Shown here one piece after another: positions 38,545 through 51,294 of a DNA stretch of 64,000 nucleotides. The stretch is taken from the NCBI GenBank assembly GCA_951406725.2, contig OX597823.1, forward strand, positions 112,034,001 to 112,098,000. The letters are read 5' to 3'. A program made the translations under genes and the position numbers. The notes beneath the pieces are model-generated. The model did not search any database. It was not told the DNA's origin and saw only the letters and a program-made list of their open reading frames with translations. Origin of the DNA: Octopus vulgaris. Taxonomy: Eukaryota. Numbering within the stretch: position 1 is the first letter of the stretch; every line of letters starts with the position of its first letter.

Positions 38545-39467
38545 AAATCGGTGAGCTAACTGAATTGTTTAGCATGCCGGGCAAAACGCTTAGCGGCATT
38601 TTATCTGTCTTTACATTGTGAGTTCAAATTCTGCTGAGGTCAGCTTTGATTTTAATCCTTTGAAGGTCGATAAAATAAATACTTATTTCTTTACTGCCCA
38701 CAAGGGGCTACACACAGAGGGGACAAACAAGGACAGACAAACGGATTAAGTTGATTATATCGGCCTCATTGCATAACAGGTACTTAATTAGAAAGGCGGT
38801 GAGCTGGCAGAAACGTTAGCATGCCGGGCGAAATGCTTAGCGCTATTTCGTCTGCTGTTACGTTGTGAGTTCAAATTCCGCCGAGGTTGACTTTGCCTTT
38901 CATTCTTTCAGGGTCAATAAATTAAGTGCCAGTTACACACTGGGGTCGATGTAATCGACTTAATATCTATGCCTGTCCTTGTTTGTCCCCTCTGTGTTTA
39001 GCCCCTTGTGGGTAATAAAGAAATAGGTACTTAATTAGTTGACCTCGAAAGGATGAAAGGCAAAGTTGACCTCGGCAGAATTTGAACTCAGAAAGTAGCA
39101 GCAGATGAAATACCGCTAAGCATTTCACCCGGCGAGCTAACGTATACCAGTTGAACACTGAGGATGATGATTTTGACTTACAGCCTCCCCAAACTTGCTG
39201 GCCTTGTGCCGAAATTTGAAACCAGTATTTCACCACAGCAAGGCAGTGAACCACATAAGGCAGTGAACTAGCAGAATCATTAGCATACTGAGCAAAATAC
39301 TTAGCAGCATTCTGAGTTCAAATTCCACTGAGGTCGACATTGCTTTTTATCCTTTCGGGGATCACTAAAATAAGTACCAGTTGAACACTGTGATTGATGT
39401 AATTGACTAACCCCCTCCGAAACTTGCTGGCCTTGTGCCAAAATCTGAAACTAATATTTCACCACAG
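38545..39467. mobile_element. Nested cluster of four Meta-like SINEs in alternating orientation
   Basis: Full + copy 38792-39024 with TSD aggtacttaattag (38778-38791, 39025-39038) inside a - copy, itself inside a + copy; another + copy at ~39258-39467. Confidence 0.88.
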
Positions 39468-39768
39468 TCTGATGTTAGGCTACAACTGAACATAACTTCC
39501 CTTTATAGTACCACTGAAAATGTGTTTCCCCAGCTTACATTGTTTCTACTCCTAAAATGTTGATATGTAAAATAGCAGAGGAGTCTCTCCTATCAGCTAA
39601 GCACATAATCATAATGACATACAGTCTTCTGTTCAGCCCATAGCTGATTCCCTTCCCCAGTGAGCAGGACATTCTCTGAGTCACAACCAGGTTTATGGAC
39701 ATCCCATTGGATTACATGAATGATAAAATAACGATTGGTCATCTAATTGTTTCTACTTTTTACCAATA

Positions 39769-40163
39769 CTAGCAGTATTGCCCAGCGTTGCTCGGGTTTG
39801 TTTCAACCCTTTAGAATTGAAATTTTTAAAAAGTAAAAATTTTGCTTTATGTAGCTTGTTATTCTCTTTAAGTGAACATTTTTCTGGTTGAAATACACCG
39901 AAAAATGGTGACACAGCAGTAAAAAAATCGTAAAAAAAATAGGGATTTTCATAGAAAAAAAAGCACCTTTTTGATGTAAATAATTTTTGGTGTTAACATG
40001 GTCCGATTTGAATTTTATCTTCTACGGAATGAAGAGCAAGCCTTCTTCTATCATACTCTCAATTTTGGTCTACTTGTGCCGCAGGGTCTCGGAGGAGATA
40101 GTGTTTGTTGAAGGCTACCAAACCTGCCACACACAGACAACTTCAGCCTTATATATAGAGAGA
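39769..40163 (-). mobile_element. Non-autonomous Helitron
   Basis: A|TC..CTAG|T on the minus strand; 3' ~330 bp homologous to 48135-48456. Confidence 0.88.
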
Positions 40164-40254
40164 TTTGAGGACTTCAGTCCAAAATTGATTTCACTCACCA
40201 GAACCTACAATAATAGCAGTGGTGATAATTGCAGTGCAGGTTCAAGTCATGACT

Positions 40255-42280
40255 GGTGTTAGCTACAGTGATGGTTGTAGTGGTGGCTGTGGTGGTAGTT
40301 GGGATGGTGGTTGAAGTGATGGTTTTGGTGGTGATTGAAGTTATAAATGTTGTAAGGAATGTTGTGGTGGTTGTCATGATTGCCATGACGATGGTTTTGG
40401 TAGTGGTTATAATGATGATTGTGATGGTTGTGCTAATGGTTGTGGTAATGGTTGTGATGACAGCTGTGGTGGTGAGTGTAGTTTTGATAATGGTGGTGGT
40501 GAGTTTAGTGGTTGTTGTGGTGATGGCTAACGTGGCAGTTGCAGAAGTGGTTATGCCGATGGTTGTAACGGTGTTTATGGCAATGTTTGTGATGATGATT
40601 ATGATGATGATGGTTGCATTGATAGTTATGGTGATAGTTACAGTGATGGTTATGATGATGGTTGCATGGCAAAGGTTGTGGCGATGGTGGAGCGCTGTAG
40701 TGATGTTTGCGTCGATGGTGGTGGGGCTGGTTGGTATGTCTAAGTGAAAGTGCCATTACCAGTTCTAAGAATATTTCATGGAGCAATGCCGCTCCAGTAT
40801 TTCGTGTCCTTCATATGCCTGCAAATAATATTCCATACTACCTTGTCGCTTTTCATTTGCAAAACTCTCGCTTAATTGAATTTTCTAATCTCTTCTTCGA
40901 AAATTTCTTCGCTGACCCCTTCTCCCCACTCCCTGTTTCCCACACCCCTACCCATTCCATTCCACTCAACTTCTCTTCATTTTCTCTCTGCTTCTTTCAT
41001 CTTTCTTCTCTCTTCTTCCTTACCATTCTATTCTCCCTTCTATTTACATATAATTCATTTCTCTCACTTCCCACTGTCTCTCCCCACCACTCACCAGCCT
41101 TTCATCTCTAAACCACTACCACTCCACTCTACCATCAATTTAACATACTACCACCAACACCAACACCGCTACCATAACCCACCAATACAAACATTTTCAA
41201 GTGTACCACCAACACCACAATGAACAGCATCACCATCTTCGGTATTTCTGTCACCAACACAAACAGTAACACCATTCTCACCAATACCAAGAGCACCACT
41301 ATCACAGCAACTACCACCAACACCTACTAGCTACCACCTCCAGTACTATCAACACAAGTGAAAAAAAACACACCAACACCTACATCACATGACTGCTACT
41401 ACCATCAACACTACCATCACAAATGATACCACTGACACCTATACAACAAAGTTTCTATCACAAACACCACCCTTGTGACCAACACTAGCAACAAACATCA
41501 AAACTACCACAGTGTACAACTACCAGTACAATGAACACTCCAATACTTATACTACCACCTCACCACAGTCTACACTACACCACCAACACTATCACCTACA
41601 CCACTTACTCTACCAACTATACCACCAACACTACCACCTACACTACCAAAACTACCACCTATGCCACTAACACTACAACCAACTACACCACCAACACTGC
41701 CACCTACACTACCAACATTACCACCTACACCACTAACGCTACCACCGCCTACACCACCAACACTACCACCTGCACCACTAACACTACCACCACCTACACC
41801 AACAACACTACCACCACCTGCACCATCAACACTTTTTACCACCAGCATCAACACTAACACTGAACTTCAACACCACTACAACCACATACACTGCAGCACT
41901 ACCACCATCTATACCACAGATATTTCTACCACCTATGCTATCACCACCTACACCAGCAATTACATTACTAATTACATTACCAGCCACCACTAGTACTATT
42001 AATACTAATATTATGACCACCATCCCTTACAACACCAACACCAACATTAACCACTAACCACTACCCCAATGCATGCTTCTTTCTCCAATATCACCACACC
42101 CATACTACAATAACTACCAACAACACAGAACTATGCACAACAATGCTACTGAAAACTCCCACCCCCACAACTACTTTCACCCACATCACCACTACTACAG
42201 CTACCACAACTAATGCTATTACCACCACCAGCTACTTATACTACCACAACAACCACCAATACCGCCATCATTTCAACACT
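40255..42280. repeat. Degenerate trinucleotide tracts: (GTG/GAT)-rich 40255-40740 and (CAC/ACT)-rich 41110-42280
   Basis: Low-complexity composition; gives mucin-like spurious ORFs. Confidence 0.85.
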
Positions 42281-43093
42281 AATAACCAAATAGTCCTTTT
42301 TCTTTTCATGTTATACTTTCTCTCCTTCTTCCCCTCACACTACCACCCATCCTCGGCCACTTTATTCATTTTCATCTTTTTCTTATCCCTGACAACATCT
42401 TTCCCCCCCCCCATCCTACCACTATCTCTCCTTGTTTTATTTTCTCCTCATCAACTTTCATATGTGTCTCTACCCATCCCACGCATAAATTTTGCTTCTA
42501 CTTTTCTCTTCACAATCATATTAATACCCACTACGCCCCACCATATCCTTTCTCTTTTCATAATTGTATGAATACATGCATATATACATGAACACTTATG
42601 TGTAAATACATGCAGACTTATGTGTCTGTACACATATATATGTATGTGTGTTTGTTCGTGTATACATGTATATTTATATATGTTTGTATGTGTGTATGCA
42701 TGTATTAACAACATGACTTAGACTTGCATTACTTGAAGTTTCATACAAGTGAGAAAAATACTCTTGATATTCCAGTTACCTGCTTCTCAGTAACAAAGCT
42801 TTCACAGTTTCTAAGTAAGACTGTTTGCCATTGCATGATGAGCAAGGCTAGTTCTCATTGACTAGTTCAGATCTCATGGTAGTGCTAACAAATACTGAAT
42901 AATATTAGGGGCTAGCACATATTGCTGAGAAACTGCACATATTACAACAGCCAACAATGCCTCTTAGCAATGAAACTAAACTGTCATTTTGTTGACACAG
43001 GCAAGGTTCCCTGTTTGCTAATTTTAAATGATTAGCATTTAAAATCATTTCATAAATATTCTACCATACATATATCATCAGCCTTTTGCTTCC

Positions 43094-43538
43094 CTACTCT
43101 TTTACTTACAGTCATTTGATTGCGGCCATGCTGAAGCACTGCCTTTAGTCGAGCATATCGACCTCAGGACCTATTCTTTGGAAGCCTAGTACTTATTCTA
43201 TTGGTCTCTTTTGCCGAACCGCTAAGTTACAGGGACGTAAACTTACCAGCATCGGTTGTCAAGCAATGTTGGGGGGACCAAACACAGACACACAAACATA
43301 TACACACACATACAAACATATATATACACATATATATATATATATATATATAAATACACACACATGCATATATACGACGGGCTTCTTTCAGTTTCCGCCT
43401 ACCAAATCCACTCACAAGGCTTTGGTCGACCCGAGGCTATAGTAGAAGACACTTGCCCAAGGTTCCATGCAGTGGGACTGTACCCGGGACCATTTGGTTC
43501 ATAAGCAAGCTACTTACCACACAGCCACTCCTGTGCCT
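43094..43538 (-). mobile_element. CORE-like SINE, full length
   Basis: Reverse-complement match to 18694-19107. Confidence 0.92.
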
Positions 43539-44040
43539 ACGTAAGATCTAAACTTCTTTTTCTATAGCAGTTGATATCCGCCATAAACCATCTATGATCC
43601 CCATCATGGTCATTTCTAACACTGAAATCTCAAACCAGAACAAATGAGACTACTTCTGCACATCGTTCATCAGTTGGCAGTCATAGATCTCACTACAAGC
43701 TAATCGCAACCATTTTCAGGTAAGCAGTCAGTTGTAACCACCATCTGCCAGTAGTTATTACCAGTCAACGGTCACCAATGCCATCATGTGACTGATTGGG
43801 TCAGTAAGAATAAACTTTGTTCATCATCCACTGATGATCAACCATACCAAGAAGCCATGAAAGCCTTATCACTTAGAAGTTGGTATCTGAAGAATAAGAA
43901 GTATTTTACTCACCTCTGTGAAGCTTTAAGTAATGGACATTTAATTGAAATTTTAATACATACATACCCCCGAAAATACACACACATGTGTATTTGTGAA
44001 TGCATGTATATGTTTGTGCATATATATATATATGTGTATG

Positions 44041-44794
44041 TTTAATGTAGGATAAAATTTTTTTCCGAAAAAATTTTTTATCAATGGCCAACATATTAAA
44101 AAATAACTTTAAAGGTTAAAATTATAAATAAGGGCAAACCAAAAAATTTCTAATGCCAAATAACCGAAATTGAACATATTGTTCATAACCATATAATTTT
44201 TCACAATATTTCTGTTGGCTTTTTTTTGAGTAGCATGCGTATTGTGAAAAATTATATGGTTATGAACAAAATGTTCAATTTCGGCATATTTGGCATTAGA
44301 AATTTTATCGTTTGCCCTTATTTATAAGTTATTTATAATTTTAACCTTTAAAGGTATTTTTTAATATGTTGGCTATTGATAAAATTTTATTTGGAAAAAA
44401 GTTTTATCCTACATTAAATATAAATTTAATAGTGTTCACTTCCGGACTCCCTCACTATACACGCACGTGTCTTGAATGGACTGTAGTATTTCTATTTTGG
44501 ATGTATTTGGGGTACTTAATTGTGCTCATGACTTAGTGTTTTCCTTCTTCCATGGGTATGAGTAAGTATCTCATTTATTTCTTTGCCACATTTATCACTG
44601 ACGAAGGGAGGGTTCTTACGAACTAACCCTGAAATCGGTCCGATATGGTAATAATGGAATTTTTTACAAATCTCTGGCGGGTTTTTTTTGAGTAGCGTGC
44701 GTATTGTGAAAAATTATATGGTAATGGACAATATGTCCAATTTCGGCATATTTGGCATTAGAAATTTTTTTCTTTGCCCTTATTTATAAGTTAT
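44041..44794 (+). mobile_element. Non-autonomous Penelope-like (pLTR / retrozyme-like) element with hammerhead motif
   Basis: Inverted segment 44041-44208 vs 44240-44418; direct repeat 44217-44332 vs 44676-44794; hammerhead-like motif 44592-44645; flanked by TA/TG tracts; no ORF. Confidence 0.8.
44592..44645 (+). ncRNA. Minimal type I hammerhead-ribozyme motif (slightly decayed)
   Basis: tatca-CTGACGA-aggg..gttc(ttac)gaac..ccct-GAAA-tcgg-TC-cgata: canonical CUGANGA and GAAA, paired stem II, GUC triplet, stem I tatc/gata with one mismatch next to the core. Confidence 0.7.
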
Positions 44795-45308
44795 ATATAT
44801 GTATATATTTAATATTTTATCTTCTACTTGTTTCAGTCATAAGACTGCAGCCATGCTGTGGCACTGCCCTGAAGACTTTTGGTCAAATGAATTGACAAAA
44901 GAACGTTTATTTTTAAAGAACTGCTACTTATCGTACCAGTAGTCATACATAAACACACCAACACCAATTATAAAGGGCTGTGTGGGTGGACAAACACAGA
45001 CACAAAGACAAACACATAGTTATATGTATATGTGTGTGGCATGCATATGCATATATGTATGTATGTGTTTGTGTATATACATATATATATATATATATAT
45101 ATGCATGTAAATATATATGTATATATAGAGATATATACACACATATATATACATATATATGTATATATATATATACATATATATACATATTTATAGACAT
45201 ATATATATACATATATATACATATATATATATCTGTATGTATATATATATATATGTATATATATATATCTGTATGTATATATATATATTTCTATATATAT
45301 ACACACAC

Positions 45309-45339
<31 letters not shown>

Positions 45340-45362
45340 GTTATATATGTAGATATATATAC

Positions 45363-45423
<61 letters not shown>

Positions 45424-45459
45424 CACACACATACATATGTCTATATATGTATATATATA

Positions 45460-46325
45460 AATTAAATTAGAGATGAAACCACTATTAGGCAAATCAAACA
45501 GTGAAAAGCATACACCAAAACATAAAAATAAATATACTTAATATAATATACAAAATATATAAAATATGAAATTTAGATAAATTTAAAATTTTTAATTTAG
45601 ATTTTTTAATTTTTATATTTTTATATATAAATTTTTTAATAACTTTTTTATGTAATTTTATATATTTTTTATACATATTTTTATATATATACCCTTTTAC
45701 TCTTTATTCTTTTACTTGTTTCAGTCATTTGACTGTGGTCATGCTGGAGCACCACCTTTAGTCGAGAAAATCGACCCCAGGACTTACTCTTTGTAAGCCT
45801 AGTACTTATTCTATCGGTCTCTTTTAAAAAGATATATATATGATTGATTGATTGATTCTAGTTTCAGCTTATGAGCTGTGGCCTAAAAACATATATATAT
45901 ATAAAAAAATAATAATAAATATTAGGGAATAAATCCAAATTTACAGGGAAAAATCAGATTTATGATTGAATCCAATTTTATAGTAAAATATAATATAATA
46001 TTAATTAAGTCTTTCTTTGTTTGATTTGCATAATAGTGGTTTTGTCTCTAATTAATATTATATAAAAAAATATATAAAAAATATAAAAATTTATAAATAT
46101 AAATTAAAAATTTTAAATTTAAATAATTTAAATTTTAAATTTTATATTTTATATATTTTGTATGTTATATTAATTATATTTATTTATTTTTATGGTTTGG
46201 TTTATGTTTTTCTCTGTTTGATTTGCCTAACAGTGGTTTTATCTCTAATTTAATTTATATTTATACTGTGAAATTTGATTTAATCCTTAGTCTAATTTTT
46301 CCCTGTAAGTTTGGATTTTCTTCAT
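45460..46325. mobile_element. Family D fold-back complex interrupted by a CORE-like SINE tail (45694-45825)
   Basis: 45460-45535 inverted to 46180-46255; 45921-45990 inverted to 46255-46322. Confidence 0.7.
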
Positions 46326-46338
46326 AATATTATTATTA

Positions 46339-46378
<40 letters not shown>

Positions 46379-46382
<4 letters not shown>

Positions 46383-46582
46383 ATCCAAACAAGAAAGCAC
46401 AAAAAAACACAACAAAGCGAGGACGTGGAACAAATATAGTATTATTGGACGCTCAGGAAAGAAGGAAAAAAGGAGGGTTTAACCTTTCAAGCAGAGCTCT
46501 TCATCGGAAACATAGGAGAAGGAAAGATCCAGAGAAGGGAAGACAGAGGAAAAAAAATCGCCAACGGTACACACGTGGTCAC
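46379..46582 (-). mobile_element. TA-flanked hammerhead-like element, family A
   Basis: Homologous to 27400-27594; core ccgatga. Confidence 0.88.
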
Positions 46583-46677
46583 ATTTATATATTTATATAT
46601 ATACATATATACATATATATATTTATATATATATAAATGTATATCTGTATAAGTATATATATATGTGTATATATATG

Positions 46678-46712
<35 letters not shown>

Positions 46713-46741
46713 ATATACATATGTATATATATATGTATATA

Positions 46742-47287
46742 TCTCTTATTATAAAAGGCAGATTTTATCTGCCTCCCTTTGTAACTTATAAAAATCTACA
46801 ATATAGGATTTCTTCAATTACAATTTACCTAGCATTTTTAAGAGTAGAGTGCATCGGGTCATGCCAGGTCCAGTTTTTAAAATTTAAACTCCAATTAAGC
46901 AAAATTTACAGAAATTTCACATTCTGGTGTGTATGTCAAATGCTTTTCTTAATGTGGTTTACACCACACGCACACGCACATACACAGTGTGCAACGAATA
47001 AAATGAAAGTAAATAGCGACAGAGTGATTTGAGGAAGACTAAACTGAAAGTATTTAAACCACTACTCAAAAAATAAAAAAATACAGCAAACAGAAACAAA
47101 TAAATACATAACGATTTACTCCTCACACAATTTCTTCAATTAGAGTTTACCTAAGATTTTTCAAAGTACTCCATTCGGTCATGCCATAATATATTTCTTT
47201 CAATTTCACCCCCAATTAAGACAAAATTCGAGAAAACTCAATATTTTAACATTTCACTCGAAAGCATTGATGTACATGTGTGCGTGC

Positions 47288-47360
<73 letters not shown>

Positions 47361-48456
47361 TGTGTGTGTTTGATGGGTTGTGCGACACAGAAAGTGTGGT
47401 GTGTAAGTGAAGTGCTTTTGTTAGTGTGTGTAAAGAGACAGACAGAGTGAAAGACAGAAATAACTGAACTTTTTTTATTCACTTTTTGTAGTGAGTGACT
47501 GAGAGAGAAAAGAGAGAGATAGGTTATGTATGTATATATGTATGTATGGCTTCAGTGACACACACACACAAAAACACATACCTACGTACACCTAAAGCAC
47601 ACACACACACACACAAGCGGAGCGCGAACTTCAAAATTTTGGTAGTATTAATTTGCCAGCGTACTTCTAAGCGCGCGTAATTGAAAGTTTTCACTATGAT
47701 ATCATCACGTGCGAAAAAATTCGAAGGGTTTTGAACAATTGAGATACACATGTCACGCCTGTATTGAAACCATTGCTAAGCTGCCGTAATTGCTTAATTA
47801 AGACTTTGTTTAAATTGAAAGGGGCAAATATGTGACGAGGTTGAAAAAAAATACCCCAGAAAAAAAAATGTACTGCTGGTATTTATATAATTCACTACTA
47901 TTTTGCTACAATGTCATGAAAAAGAAAAAATTTAGGTATGTAAATCGAATTCGCCACCCCCTTTTCCCCGTTCGCGTTTGTGTAAAAAAAATTATTATTT
48001 AAGTTTTAAAAATTATTTACTTTGTTCAAAAAATATTAATATTAATTAATTTTCAAGAATTATTTAATTTTATTCTGTAAAATAGTAATTAATTCATTTA
48101 TCTGTAAATCCGCGAGGTTGTTACTCAGGCACCTAGAATGGTAACCTTCAACTAACACTATCTCCTCCGAGACCCTGCGGCGCAAGTTGACCAAAATTGA
48201 GAGTATGGTAGAAGAAGGGTTGCTCTTCCTTCTATAGAACATAAAATTCAAATCGGACCATGTTAACACCAAAAATTATTTACATCAAAAAGATGCTTTT
48301 TTCTATGAAAATCCCTATTTTTTACGTTTTTTCACTGCTGTGTCGCCACTTTTCGGTGTATTTCGACCAGAAAAATGTTCACAAAATTTTTACTTTTCAA
48401 AATTACAATTCCAGCGGGTCGAAACAAACCCGAGCAACGCCGGGCGATACTGCTAG
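46742..48456 (+). mobile_element. Non-autonomous Helitron (~1.7 kb)
   Basis: A|TCtcttattataaaagg start; cccgagcaacgccgggcgatactgCTAG|T end; internal direct repeat ~46808-46920 / 47130-47240. Confidence 0.85.
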
Positions 48457-48469
48457 TCTGTATATATAT

Positions 48470-48652
48470 ATTTTTTTTTTCTCTCCTTCTTTCTGTGTTT
48501 TTCTCTCTCTGTGTATCTTTCTGTTGAAGAGCGTAGGCTCGAAACGTTAAAGACTTGTTTTATTTATATTTCCTGAGCGCCATACTAATACAATTGTTCG
48601 TTTGTTTTCCACCTGCCTTCGTCTTTTATTTATTTTCATAAAGCTTCCCGTT
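48470..48652 (+). mobile_element. TA-flanked hammerhead-like element, family B
   Basis: tcttt-CTGTTGA-a-gagc(gtag)gctc-GAAAC-g-TT-aaaga at 48516-48553. Confidence 0.82.
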
Positions 48653-48719
48653 ATATATATTCCCGTATATATATATATATACATACATATATACATATAT
48701 ATGTATATAATAATAATAG

Positions 48720-49068
48720 TAGGGAATATAATACCAAAACTTATAGGGAAAAATTCAATTTAACAATTTTAAATCAAATTTCATGATATATAATATTTCA
48801 TGATATGTAATATATGTAAATAATTTAGAGAAAAACCACTATTAAACAATTCAATAAAGAAAGATGTTAACCACGCCATATAAAAATATACTATAAAAAA
48901 AACCTTATTTTAAAAATCAGTAAAGTACAATAAATACAATAAATATTTACTATTTATTGTACCTTATTGATTTTTAAAATAAGGTTTTTTTTATAGTATA
49001 TTTTTATATGGTATGGTTAGCATCTTTCTTTATTGAATTGTTTAATAGTGGTTTTTCTCTAAATTATA
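48720..49068. mobile_element. Family D fold-back element
   Basis: Arms ~48820-48936 / 48951-49066; agggaatataataccaaaacttatagggaaaaa terminus. Confidence 0.78.
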
Positions 49069-49159
49069 CACATATATTATATATGTATATAAATATATAT
49101 ATGTATACTTATATATATATATAGGTATATATGCACATATATATATATATGCATATGTA

Positions 49160-49190
<31 letters not shown>

Positions 49191-49771
49191 GCATGCACAC
49201 ACACACACACACACATATTCATATATACATACATACACATGTATCCATGTGATGCTGAAGAACACCATATTGTGTGTCCTCTATCAACATCCAGATAGCT
49301 TCTGATCACATCAGCATCGGAAATCTGACAAATGCTCCATATGTATCTACTGAAGCTGACATTTGGGATATCATAATCCTTCTAGCAAACCTAAGCACAG
49401 TAAAATAAAGTGGTCTTCATTGTTATTAAACCTAGAGGCACACATACAAGAAGAACCGGTTTGCTGGCTCAGTATAACTCCCAAGATTACTTCTTCCATC
49501 AACTGTTAATGCAACTCACGATCTTATACGCAACACATCAACATGGCATCAAGATTGAGCTATCAATTTACAAGAATTTCCCAACCAGGAATACCCAAGT
49601 TTCTTGGAAATTCTCAGAAAGTGACCACCTCGAAACTAATAGCAAAGTAGATTGGTGTAATGGTTTCGGATAATTCAACCTGGTATACGAAACTGAGTGG
49701 TCGAACAAAGAAATATCGTGAATAGTAAAGTTTCACAAATCTCTACGGCATTTATGATGCTGATTAACACT

Positions 49772-50614
49772 ATCATCATCATCATCATCGTGATCATCAT
49801 CATCATCGTCGTCGTCGTCGTCATCGTCGTCATCATCATCATCATCGTCGTCATCATCATCATCATCGTGATCATCATCATCATCGTCGTCGTCGTCGTC
49901 ATCATCGTCATCATCATCATCATCGTCGTCATCATCATCATCATCATCATCATCATCGTTGTCGTCATCATCATCATCGTCGTCGTCGTCGTCGTCATCA
50001 TCATCATCATCATCATCGTCGTCGTCATCATCATCATCATCATCATCGTCGTCGTCATCATCATCATCATCGTTGTCGTCATCATCGTCATCATCGTCGT
50101 CATCATCATCATCATCGTTGTCGTCATCATCGTCATCATCGTCGTCGTCGTCATCATCATCATCGTCATCATCGTCGTCGTCGTCGTCGTAATCATCATC
50201 ATCATCATCGTCGTCGTCGTCATCATCATCATCATCATCATCGTCATCGTCGTCGTCGTCGTAATCATCATCATCATCATCGTCGTCGTCGTCGTCGTCG
50301 TCGTAATCATCGTCATCATCATCGTCATCATCATCATCGTCATCCTCGTCGTCATCATCATCATCGTCATCATCATCATCGTCATCATCATCATCGTCAT
50401 CATCATCGTCATCATCATCATCGTCATCGTCGTCATCGTCATTATCATCATTGCCGTCGTCATCATCATCATCGTCGTCATCATCATCATCATCGTCGTC
50501 GTCGTCATCATCATCATCATCGTCGTCGTCGTCGTCGTCATCATCATCATCATCATCATCGTCATCATCCTCGTCATTATCGTCGTCATCATTATCATCG
50601 TCATCATCATCATC
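49772..50614. repeat. ~840 bp in-register compound (ATC/GTC)n repeat
   Basis: Directly visible; register is kept throughout, as shown by the spanning ORFs in the track. Confidence 0.97.
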
Positions 50615-51294
50615 CAGAAATACGATTCCGAGGGCAGCCTCAGAATATTACTATTGATTTTAAAGTTATCCCATGGATAAAACTAGAAAAGAAGATTAAA
50701 AATGAAAAGAAAATATTTTAATCTGCAGTGATAGGTTCCTTTGAGTAAAAAGAAAGATCAAGTGGAGAACTATTGACCACTAAGCGGATAAAATCAAATT
50801 TATGGGCTTTCTTTCATCGTGCACGCAAGTCTCTATTCTTGAGACCAAAAAGTGATCTTCTTCAATGTCAAGATGGACCTGTATATCAAGAATCCTTGTT
50901 TCAAAGAACAATGCCAAATTGTCTTTTTCCCAGTTAAAAGAACAGCAACATTTTGAACCCCCTAAGATATTCCACAAAGCAATAAATTCTCACATTAACC
51001 TAGTATATAACATTTTAGGGCATTATCAAATCAATAAGCTACATAGATACATACTTAGCACCAAGAAAAGAAGCTTTTCATCTCACCTCTTAAACTCCCC
51101 AAAATCCACCCCACTAATCTTCCGAAAATGTTTTATCAAAGCTTTTTTGATTGGATGGCTACCAAAAATGTTGAAAGATACAGCAATAATCAAAATGATA
51201 TAAGTTTGTAAAGATGGCAACACAACACATAGAAATACTTACAGATATATGTCACTTACAGTTTACTTTTCAAATTTCACTGAGAAAATCATGT

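Noticed and set aside
39987-40262. Paralogous small proteins MVLTWSDLNF.. (also 48060-48272)
   Set aside because: The similarity comes from the shared Helitron body, read antisense.
40256-42023. Mucin-like or collagen-like T/P/G/V ORFs
   Set aside because: Degenerate trinucleotide tracts open in several frames on both strands; no splice or domain support.
49675-50680. 312 aa M/T, 327 aa I/V and poly-S ORFs
   Set aside because: Alternative frames of a single triplet repeat.
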